In this document: positions 10,150-16,588 of the stretch, piece after piece
How the letters are laid out: each line of letters opens with the position of its first letter
Position numbering within the stretch: position 1 is the stretch's first letter
Assembly: GCF_042660085.1 (NCBI RefSeq)
Contig: NZ_JBHSTI010000008.1
Span: forward strand, 630,001-662,000
Origin: Longivirga aurantiaca
GTDB taxonomy: Bacteria > Actinomycetota > Actinomycetes > S36-B12 > CAIYMF01
DNA: 32,000 bases
Reading direction: 5' to 3'
The notes under the pieces: generated by a model
Told to the model about the DNA's origin: nothing
Database searches by the model: none
Seen by the model: the letters and a program-made list of their open reading frames with translations, nothing else
Program-made: the position numbers and the translations under genes

Positions 10150-10154
10150 GCGCT

Positions 10155-10466
10155 GTGGGGCAGGATCAGACCGTGCCGACTCGCGCTGATCGACCCGACG
10201 TACCCACCCTGTGCCTTGTCTGCGGGTTCGACTACGACGGGTTCGATGACGTTCTTCCGTGGGGTCCGGATGGCGACAGCCCGACCTACAACTTCTGCCC
10301 GTGCTGCGGCGTGGAGTTCGGTTACGGAGACTTCGCGATCGAGGGTGCGAAGCAGTGGCGAGCCAAGTGGCTGGCAGGCGGCGTCGAATGGTTCGACCCC
10401 AACGAGCGCCCCGTCGATTGGGACGTGTCGGTCCAACTCTCCCGCCTGCCCGAGCGCGTGAGATAG
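10155..10466 (+). CDS. Small CPCC-type cysteine-rich protein
   Basis: 103 aa ORF with LCLVCGFDYDGFDD and YNFCPCCGVEFGYGD, the paired-cysteine pattern of CPCC-type proteins. Confidence 0.8.
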   Translation: MGQDQTVPTRADRPDVPTLCLVCGFDYDGFDDVLPWGPDGDSPTYNFCPCCGVEFGYGDFAIEGAKQWRAKWLAGGVEWFDPNERPVDWDVSVQLSRLPERVR

Positions 10467-10470
10467 CGCA

Positions 10471-10520
10471 GACGTGCCGATCGCGCTCGCTTCGTCCTGA
10501 GAAGCTCGGCATTGGGCATC
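10471..10520 (+). repeat. Degenerate member (S0), 5 nt after the CPCC gene stop
   Basis: gacgtgccgatcgcgctcgcttcgtcctgagaagctcggcattgggcatc; left part matches gatgtgccgttcgcgctcgtattt at 16478; GTGCCGA can pair with TCGGCAT. Confidence 0.6.
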
Positions 10521-10563
10521 GTCGACTTGCCCGAGGACGAGCACCCGGTGCGACGCTGGAGGG

Positions 10564-11004
10564 GTGACAACAGCGTCCCGGTGGGGCCTGACGCCTCGCC
10601 AGAGCGTCGAGCGGGAGGCCGCTCGGCGTGGGAGCGATGCGGTGATCGAGGGCTGTCGGGCCTTGGTCCGGGGCGAGGACGGGGATGCGGCGCTGGTTCT
10701 CGTTCTCGGTGGCCCTCCCGCCCGCACGTTCCTCGACGGTCAGCCCCACGTGGATGACTACTGGCTCAGGGTGTGGGGTCTGCGCGGGTTGCTGTGGGTG
10801 TGGTCGCCCGTCGCGATCCCCGAGCTTCGGGTCGCTCTGACTGATCCGGCGTGGAGAGTCCGGGAGATGGCCTTGAAGGTCGCCGCACGCAACCGGGTGG
10901 AGGACGTGGTCGAGGTGGCCGCGCCGCTGCAGAGCGATCCCGTGGCGAGGGTGAGACAGCAGTCGCACCGATACCTGATGCAGGTTGTTGCAGACGGCAC
11001 CTGA
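10564..11004 (+). CDS. Hypothetical protein, HEAT-repeat-like
   Basis: 146 aa ORF, GTG start. PELRVALTDPAWRVREMALKVAARNRVEDVVEVAAPLQSDPVARVRQQSHRYL resembles HEAT repeats. Confidence 0.65.
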   Translation: MTTASRWGLTPRQSVEREAARRGSDAVIEGCRALVRGEDGDAALVLVLGGPPARTFLDGQPHVDDYWLRVWGLRGLLWVWSPVAIPELRVALTDPAWRVREMALKVAARNRVEDVVEVAAPLQSDPVARVRQQSHRYLMQVVADGT

Positions 11005-11009
11005 CCGCA

Positions 11010-11054
11010 CCGAAGCGGCCGTTCTGACTCCAGTTCTCGGTTCGGTACCGGCAG
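11010..11054 (+). repeat. Member (S1), just after the HEAT-like gene stop
   Basis: ccgaagcggccgttctgactccagttctcggttcggtaccggcag; shares gccgttctgactc with S2 and S6. Confidence 0.75.
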
Positions 11055-11064
11055 GCTGTCCCGC

Positions 11065-11526
11065 ATGTTGATCGAGATCCGCGAAGCCACAGCCGAAGAT
11101 CTCCCTGCCCTCGCGCGGCTTCGCTGGGAGTGCCACACGGAGCGCCAACCGGCTGACGAGCATGACTTCGACGCCTACCGTCTCGGCTTTGCTCAATGGT
11201 GCTCGGCGCGGCAGGGCAGATGCCGCGCAGTCGTGGCCGTAGACGGTTCCCACGTCGTGGGCATGGGATTCCTTGTCCTGGTCGACCGCGTCCCCAGCCC
11301 CGGCTCGCTGGATCGCCATCATGGCGACATTCAGTCGATGTACGTAACACCCGCACACAGGAACCACGGGGTTGGATCGAAGATCGTTCGACGACTACTC
11401 GACCTGGCACGCGACGCAGGATGCGAGCGGATCGAGGTCTACTCAGGAAGCCGCGCGGTCACCTTCTACGAACGATCAGGGTTTGAGCACGTCGACCGAC
11501 TCCTGAATCGGGTCCTCGGGCAGTGA
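11065..11526 (+). CDS. GNAT family N-acetyltransferase
   Basis: MLIEIREATAEDLPALARLRWE start; MYVTPAHRNHGVGSKIVRRLLDLARDAGCERIEVYSGSRAVTFYERSGFE acetyl-CoA-binding pattern. Confidence 0.92.
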   Translation: MLIEIREATAEDLPALARLRWECHTERQPADEHDFDAYRLGFAQWCSARQGRCRAVVAVDGSHVVGMGFLVLVDRVPSPGSLDRHHGDIQSMYVTPAHRNHGVGSKIVRRLLDLARDAGCERIEVYSGSRAVTFYERSGFEHVDRLLNRVLGQ

Positions 11527-11540
11527 TGACGCTCCCGACC

Positions 11541-11586
11541 TCTGTGCCGTTCTGACTCGGATCTCGGAGCAAGGATCCGACACTAG
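11541..11586 (+). repeat. Member (S2), just after the GNAT gene stop
   Basis: tctgtgccgttctgactcggatctcggagcaaggatccgacactag; contains the 6-bp stem CGGATC/GATCCG and outer GTG/CAC; right half aligns with copy B cggagaaggaaccggcactag. Confidence 0.8.
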
Positions 11587-11702
11587 GTGGCGGTGGCGAG
11601 GCCAGGCTGTCGCGCCGCCGGACCACTCCGTTGGCCAGGCCACCGGGCGAGGTTGCGTCTAGCGTGGAGTTGCACGGGAACCTCCACCGAGGGGAGGCCG
11701 CC

Positions 11703-12212
11703 ATGACTGAGATTCCGGAGCCGTCCAGCACGAGGCGGTGGGGCCGTGGGGGCCTGGTCATCGCAGTGCTCGGTGCTCTGGCCCTCGTCGGATCCGCGCT
11801 CCTGGGCTTCCTCCTCATGCAGGGTCCACGTGATCTGTCGCCGGTGGCGTACGGGGAGCGGCTGACCGTCACCACGGAGCGGAGCTCCTCGGTCGCGGTG
11901 TACACGCCCACGGGCCTGGAGGCACCGCCCGCGTGTCAGGTGGCCACGTCAGCCGGTGCGGACGTCGAACTCGGCCCGGTCGAGCGCTACTCCCAGGCGA
12001 GCGGTCTGGAGACCACCTACTCGTTCGCCACCGCTGGGGGAGTTCCCTACCAAGTGTCCTGCGGGACGGTCGGTGAGACCGGCGAGTTCGCCGCCGCAGA
12101 GACCCGTCGCGTGTCAGTGCCACTGATCGTCGCCGTGGGCTCGATGGGGCTGGTGCTCCTCCTCGGAGGTCTCGTCCTCGCGCGTCTCAGCGGCCGCTCG
12201 ATAGTCGGCTAG
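11703..12212 (+). CDS. Hypothetical membrane protein with two TM segments
   Basis: Start MTEIPEPSST at 11703 preceded by GGGGAGG; TM stretches GGLVIAVLGALALVGSALLGFLLM and VPLIVAVGSMGLVLLLGGLVLARL. Confidence 0.7.
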   Translation: MTEIPEPSSTRRWGRGGLVIAVLGALALVGSALLGFLLMQGPRDLSPVAYGERLTVTTERSSSVAVYTPTGLEAPPACQVATSAGADVELGPVERYSQASGLETTYSFATAGGVPYQVSCGTVGETGEFAAAETRRVSVPLIVAVGSMGLVLLLGGLVLARLSGRSIVG

Positions 12213-12258
12213 GGCTTCCAGCCGAAGATCCCTCGAGCGACCGGATGGCGAACCGAGC

Positions 12259-12305
12259 CGAAGTGCCGTTCTGACAGTGCGGGCTCGATTCCCGTCACCC
12301 GCTCC
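12259..12305 (+). repeat. Member (S3) whose right half is replaced by a tRNA-like 3' fragment
   Basis: ccgaagtgccgttctgacagtgcgggctcgattcccgtcacccgctcc, immediately followed by copy B at 12306. Confidence 0.7.
12271..12305 (+). other. tRNA-Gly-like 3' fragment (anticodon-stem 3' side, T-arm, acceptor 3' strand), no 5' half
   Basis: ctgacagtgcgggctcgattcccgtcacccgctcc: T-arm GCGGG-CTCGATT-CCCGT and acceptor-like CACCCGCTCC. The upstream sequence does not supply a GCGGGTG acceptor 5' strand or a D-arm. Confidence 0.6.
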
Positions 12306-12358
12306 GCTGTGATTCGTTGTGACACAACGGCAGACAGGCGGAGAAGGAACCGGCACTA
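12306..12358 (-). repeat. Intergenic repeat copy B (53 nt), 3' of the DUF1697 gene in that gene's orientation
   Basis: gctgtgattcgttgtgacacaacggcagacaggcggagaaggaaccggcacta; 50/53 identical to 13051-13103. Confidence 0.95.
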
Positions 12359-12462
12359 GACATCGCGTCCCACCGGGGGCGGGGCCCCGTTCCAACCCCG
12401 GCGCGACACGCGCTCTTCCGAGCGGCGGTGGCGTGCGCCGCCGTCCGCGCACCGGCGACGGG

Positions 12463-12999
12463 TCAGCAGAGGTCGACGAGGGCGAGCAGCGTGCGCCAGT
12501 TGCGCGCGGTGCCCGTGGTGGCCAGTCGCTTGAGGATGGCGCCGTGCTGCAGCCGGCTGTCGTGCATCGTCTCGCCGTACGCGATGACGATCTCGAGCTC
12601 GCGCGCGGCGACGAGGTCGGCGCCCCAGTCGGTGCTCAGCAGCGTGGCGAGCGCCGTCGCGTCGGGGGCGGTGTCGAGGTGCAGCACGTGCACCGACGCC
12701 GGCCGCTCGGCCGCCTGCTCGGCGAAGGGCGACCACTCCGCCACCGCGCGCAGCTGCCTCGGCGTGCGCACCAGCACCGGGGTGTCGATGCCGAACGACG
12801 CGCGCAGCACGTCGCCGACGCCGCTCGCCACCTTCCCCGGCGTCCGGACGGGCGAGGAGAGGATGACGTTGCCGCTCTGCATGTACGTGCGGACGTCGGC
12901 GTAGCCCGCCTCGGCCAGCGCGGTCCGCAGCGCCGGCATGCTCACCTTGTTATGGCTGCCGAGGTTGACCGCACGCAGCAGGGCCACCCAGGTCGGCAT
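12463..12999 (-). CDS. DUF1697 family protein
   Basis: 178 aa; MPTWVALLRAVNLGSHNKVSMPALRTALAEAGYADVRTYMQSGNVILSSP is characteristic of DUF1697. Confidence 0.9.
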   Translation of the reverse strand: MPTWVALLRAVNLGSHNKVSMPALRTALAEAGYADVRTYMQSGNVILSSPVRTPGKVASGVGDVLRASFGIDTPVLVRTPRQLRAVAEWSPFAEQAAERPASVHVLHLDTAPDATALATLLSTDWGADLVAARELEIVIAYGETMHDSRLQHGAILKRLATTGTARNWRTLLALVDLC

Positions 13000-13050
13000 G
13001 CCCTGACCCTAGCCTCGGAGGCGACCACCGGCGCTCGTGCCTCCCACGAT

Positions 13051-13103
13051 GCTGTGATTCGTTGTGACACAACGGCAGACAGGCGAAGAGAGAACCGGCA
13101 CTA
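13051..13103 (-). repeat. Intergenic repeat copy C (53 nt), 3' of the HdeD-like gene in that gene's orientation
   Basis: gctgtgattcgttgtgacacaacggcagacaggcgaagagagaaccggcacta; direct repeat of copy B. Confidence 0.95.
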
Positions 13104-13115
13104 TCGCTCGTGTGG

Positions 13116-13691
13116 TCAGGTGCTGGAACGGCCCACACCGATGCACCAGATCAGCAGCAGCATCGACCCGATGTACGCCAGGACCTGAGGCGCGACGAGG
13201 CCGGCGCCCGCCGAACCCCAGTCGTCGATGCCGGAGAGGATGCCCGGCAGCACCGCGAGGCCCACCACGAGCAGTACGCCGGCGATGACGCCAAGCCAGC
13301 GCAGCCACACCGGCCAGCTCGTGCTGCCGAGAATCGTCAGCGCGAGAATGAGGAACCACACGCCGAGGACGCCCCACCCCAGGGCGGACCACAGTCCGGC
13401 GAGATACCAGTCGGTGCGTCCGGTCAGGACGAGGACCGAGCCGATGACGATCAGAATCGCGCCCAGGACAGCGGCGGTAAGTGCGAGCCAGCGCGGCACG
13501 ATGCCGTCGGGCAGCAGGTCGCGCGCCGCGAAGGCCAGCAGCATCGCCAGGACGCCGGTGGCCGCTCCGAGCACGTCGTTGACCGGTCCGAGGAAGCCGA
13601 GACCCACGGACATCAAGACGAGGGCGGCGAGAGCGACTATGCCAACGAGGGCGGTCCACAGCGCCAGCGACCTCACCGAGTCCGTGACCAT
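13116..13691 (-). CDS. Multi-pass membrane protein (HdeD/DUF308-like)
   Basis: Within the longer ORF 13116-13934; start at MVTDSVRSLALWTALVG is favoured because the upstream extension looks non-coding. Repeated hydrophobic helices. Confidence 0.65.
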   Translation of the reverse strand: MVTDSVRSLALWTALVGIVALAALVLMSVGLGFLGPVNDVLGAATGVLAMLLAFAARDLLPDGIVPRWLALTAAVLGAILIVIGSVLVLTGRTDWYLAGLWSALGWGVLGVWFLILALTILGSTSWPVWLRWLGVIAGVLLVVGLAVLPGILSGIDDWGSAGAGLVAPQVLAYIGSMLLLIWCIGVGRSST

Positions 13692-13989
13692 GCGCACCTC
13701 GTACCAAACGATGCTCGCTCTCCGCGATGATCCCGCGCACAACATGGCAGGGCAATGGTCGGCGGAGCGCAGAAGTGCCCGGTGGTGCACTCGGGTCTGG
13801 GCGTTGGGGCTGGTTCGGTCGTAGCGTCCTGATGTCGCCGGGCTGACTCGCGAAGTGCCTGCCGTTGCTGGCCTGCTAACGAACTGTCGCTCGGCGGCGT
13901 CGACCGCGGCATGACTCAACAGAGGCTTGGCCACCCCGCACCGGGACTGTCTGCCGCGTTCCTTTCCCTCGAGTGGTTGTAGCGGGCAG

Positions 13990-14940
13990 ATGCAGGTGAT
14001 CGGAGTCGATCCTCACAAGGGATCCCACACGGCAGTGGCGATCGGTGGCGACGAGAGCGTGATCGCCTCAGTGCGTATCGCGGCGAGCCGGCGCCAGGTC
14101 GAACGACTGCTGGTGTTCGCGGCCGCGTGGCCGGAACGGGTCTGGGCGGTCGAGGGCGCGCAGGGCGTGGGCCGGATGCTCGCCCAGCAACTGGTGGCTC
14201 GGGGCGAGCGAGTGGTGGATGTGCCGCCCTCGCTCTCGACCCGGGTCAGGGTGCTGTCGGGCCGGTCTGGTCGCAAGACCGACGCGCACGACGCCCGCGC
14301 TGTCGCGGTCGCTGCCCTACGCCAACCCAACCACACGATCGTGGCTGCTGAGGACTTCAGCAGGAGCCTGCGGTTGTTGTCCGACCGCCGCGCGCAGCTG
14401 ACCGCCGCCCGCACCCAGGCCGTCACGCGACTGCACGGACTGCTCGCCGAACTCGTGGAAGGCGGTGCACCCCAGTCGCTCTCAGCCGAGCAGGCAGCGG
14501 CGATCCTGCGCCGGATCCGACCCGTGAGCGAGGTCGACGTGATCCGCAAGGAGCTCGCACGCGACCTGCTCGGAGACCTGCGGCGCCTGGACGCCAAGCT
14601 CGCCGCTAACGCGACCAGGATCGCCGAGGCCGTTCATGACAGTGGCACTACCCTGACCGAGATCCAGGGCATCGGGCCGATCACCGCAGCCCGGATCATC
14701 GGTCACAGCGGCAACCCGGCCCGCTTCCCGACCCGCGGGCACTACGCCTCCTACGCCGGCACCGCACCCATCGAGGCATCCTCAGGAACGGTCGAACGCC
14801 ACCGCCTGTCCCGGCGCGGGAACCGGCAGCTGAACTCGGCACTGCACGGCGTCGCGATCACCCAGATGCGCCACCCCGGCCCGGGTAAGGACTACTACGA
14901 ACGCAAGATCGTCGCGTCGCTTGACACACAGAGGCTTCGT
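13990..14940 (+). pseudogene. IS110-family transposase, 3'-truncated
   Basis: MQVIGVDPHKGSHTAVAI (DEDD N-terminus), SGRKTDAHDARAVAVAA, and Transposase_20-like EIQGIGPITAARIIGHSGNPARFPTRGHYASYAGTAPIEASSG..HRLSRRGNRQLNSALHGVAITQMRHPGPGKDYYERKI. After KDYYERKI the family C-terminus is missing and the frame runs into unrelated sequence. The end coordinate is approximate. Confidence 0.85.
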
Positions 14941-15066
14941 TTGCGCACGTTGCGGCCTGGCGGCTGCCGGCGAGCCTTGCCGCCTAGAGCCGGGTGCACG
15001 AATGCTCTGCCGACCCGCTCCAGACTGCGGGCGACACTGCGCTGGCGCCGCCGTATCGTGGCCGCG

Positions 15067-15732
15067 GTGTGCTTCTCGCCCCAGGCGGATCTGGTCGGCG
15101 GCGCTGTTCTCGTCGTGCTCGGCGTCGATGCGCTGCGCCACGTGCACGAGCGGCGTGACCACGTCGCGCTCGCGGCGCTGCCGCTACTCCTCGCCGCGCA
15201 CCAGGTGATAGAGGCATTCGCGTGGTGGGGCCTGCAGGGAGTGGTGACCCCTGAGGTCGGGACGGCAGCTGTGTGGGCCTACCTGTTCATCGCGTTCGTC
15301 GTGCTACCCGTCTACGTGCCCGTCTCGATCCTCACGATGGAGCCGCCAGGCTGGCGACGCCAGGTCATCTGGGCATTCGTCGCCATGGGCGCCGTCGTCG
15401 CGGCCGGCCTGCTCGCCGGCATGCTGCGCGGTCCGGTGACGGCCGCAGTCGAGGGCTGGCACCTCGCTTACGGCACGGGCACGACCGCCGGGGGTGCGCT
15501 CGCAGTCGTCTACGTCGTCGTCACTTGCGGATCGGTGCTGTTCTCGGGGCGGCCCTACCTCATGGCGTTCGGGCTGCTGAACCTGCTGGCCGTCGCGTTC
15601 CTTGCCTGGTTTGAACTCTCCGGCTTCGCGTCGCTGTGGTGCGCGTGGGCGGCGCTCACCGCGGGCGGCATCGCCGTATACATGCGGATCGATCATCGCC
15701 CCCGCGTCCGGACGTCATACGCCGTGCCGTAG
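15067..15732 (+). CDS. Multi-pass membrane protein, DUF6629-like
   Basis: In frame with the truncated transposase ORF, but likely its own gene from GTG 15067: (M/V)CFSPQADLVGGAVLVVLGVDALRHV... followed by several TM helices. Confidence 0.65.
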   Translation: MCFSPQADLVGGAVLVVLGVDALRHVHERRDHVALAALPLLLAAHQVIEAFAWWGLQGVVTPEVGTAAVWAYLFIAFVVLPVYVPVSILTMEPPGWRRQVIWAFVAMGAVVAAGLLAGMLRGPVTAAVEGWHLAYGTGTTAGGALAVVYVVVTCGSVLFSGRPYLMAFGLLNLLAVAFLAWFELSGFASLWCAWAALTAGGIAVYMRIDHRPRVRTSYAVP

Positions 15733-15836
15733 CCGCCCGCGCCGGTCCGCGACGTTACCGACTGGCGACCCCGCACGCCGCGCGCTCTGGTCCAGTCCGT
15801 TGGCGACCGGCTGCGCAGCGGAGGTGATTGAGGGGG

Positions 15837-15855
15837 GCGTGCCTCGGGGGCACGC
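15837..15855 (+). terminator. Hairpin abutting repeat S6
   Basis: GCGTGCC-tcggg-GGCACGC perfect 7-bp stem downstream of the DUF6629-like gene. Confidence 0.55.
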
Positions 15856-15902
15856 AGAAGTGCCGTTCTGACTCGCTTCTCGAAGAGCGAACCGGAGCCA
15901 TC
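15854..15902 (+). repeat. Member (S6), downstream of the DUF6629-like gene
   Basis: gcagaagtgccgttctgactcgcttctcgaagagcgaaccggagccatc; CCG-TTC can pair with GAA-C-CGG around an inner GCTTC/GAAGAGC stem. Confidence 0.8.
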
Positions 15903-16070
15903 GCTTGCCCGTAACCGGTCAACGCCGTCTGTCTCACGATGTGAAGCCACGAGCGACTTGGACAAGGGCGGCGCCAGCTGACCGGATGCGCCTTAGCCTC
16001 ACCTTCGAGGTCCTCTGCCTCGAGCGAGTCAATCCTCGCCGACCCACCACATGATCAGCATGGAGGAGCC

Positions 16071-16436
16071 ATGGCCCAGAAGGCCGTCGTAAGTCTCACC
16101 ACGGGACTCGAAGACATCGAGAAGGTGACAGTGGCGTTTCTCGTCGCGGTCGGCGCTGCCGAGACGGGGCGCGACACCCTCGTGTTCCTCACGCAGGAGG
16201 CCGTGCGCCTTGCCCTTCCTGGGGTGGCGACCGGCATCGGCTGCGACGGCTGCCCTTCCCTTGAGTCGCTCGTGGAGCGCTACCACGCTGCTGGCGGTCG
16301 CTACTTCGTCTGTCCGATCTGCGTCGACTCGCGCAAGATCGACGCCGCGACACTGATCGACGGCGCGGAGCTCAACGGGACCATCCCCATGTGGAACTGG
16401 ATCGGCGACGACGGGGCCACGACTTTCAGCTACTGA
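16071..16436 (+). CDS. DsrE-like family protein
   Basis: 121 aa; MAQKAVVSLTTGLEDIEKVTVAFLVAVGAAETGRDTLVFLTQEAVRLA...; conserved cysteines in YFVCPICVDSR. Start ATG 16071, preceded by GGAGG. Confidence 0.8.
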   Translation: MAQKAVVSLTTGLEDIEKVTVAFLVAVGAAETGRDTLVFLTQEAVRLALPGVATGIGCDGCPSLESLVERYHAAGGRYFVCPICVDSRKIDAATLIDGAELNGTIPMWNWIGDDGATTFSY

Positions 16437-16475
16437 CTGCTCCGCGGTGCCGAGAGCGTGCCGCATAGCGGCGCG

Positions 16476-16510
16476 GAGATGTGCCGTTCGCGCTCGTATT
16501 TGATCGGGCA
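16476..16510 (+). repeat. Degenerate member (S7), downstream of the DsrE-like gene
   Basis: gagatgtgccgttcgcgctcgtatttgatcgggca; left half closely matches S0. Confidence 0.55.
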
Positions 16511-16564
16511 GGGCTGGCCCGCGCCGAGCCGCCGCACGATGCCTTGATCGGCTAGGTCGGCCGG

Positions 16565-16588
16565 CCCCGTGTTCTGTCTAGAACGGGG
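16565..16588 (-). terminator. Hairpin overlapping the stop codon of the second HNH gene
   Basis: CCCCG-tg-TTCT-gtct-AGAA-CGGGG. Confidence 0.5.

Noticed and set aside
12205-12305. A complete tRNA gene ending at 12305
   Set aside because: Only the T-arm and 3' acceptor half are recognisable. The upstream sequence has no matching acceptor 5' strand, D-arm or normal anticodon loop (just a TCGGCT/AGCCGA hairpin).
13769-13779. A full further copy (S5) of the intergenic motif
   Set aside because: Only 11 nt (GCAGAAGTGCC) match S6. It is too short to list as a repeat on its own, so it is mentioned only in connection with possible IS110 insertion.
13692-13934. N-terminal 81-aa extension of the HdeD-like ORF
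   Set aside because: The extension has no membrane-protein character and runs across the IS110 upstream region and the S5 motif fragment. MVTDSVRSLALW is the more plausible start.
10097-16510. Canonical integron attC sites
   Set aside because: The repeats are imperfect palindromes 3' of genes, but none shows the RYYYAAC / GTTRRRY core and no IntI-like integrase is in the window. They are reported only as a motif family of unknown type.
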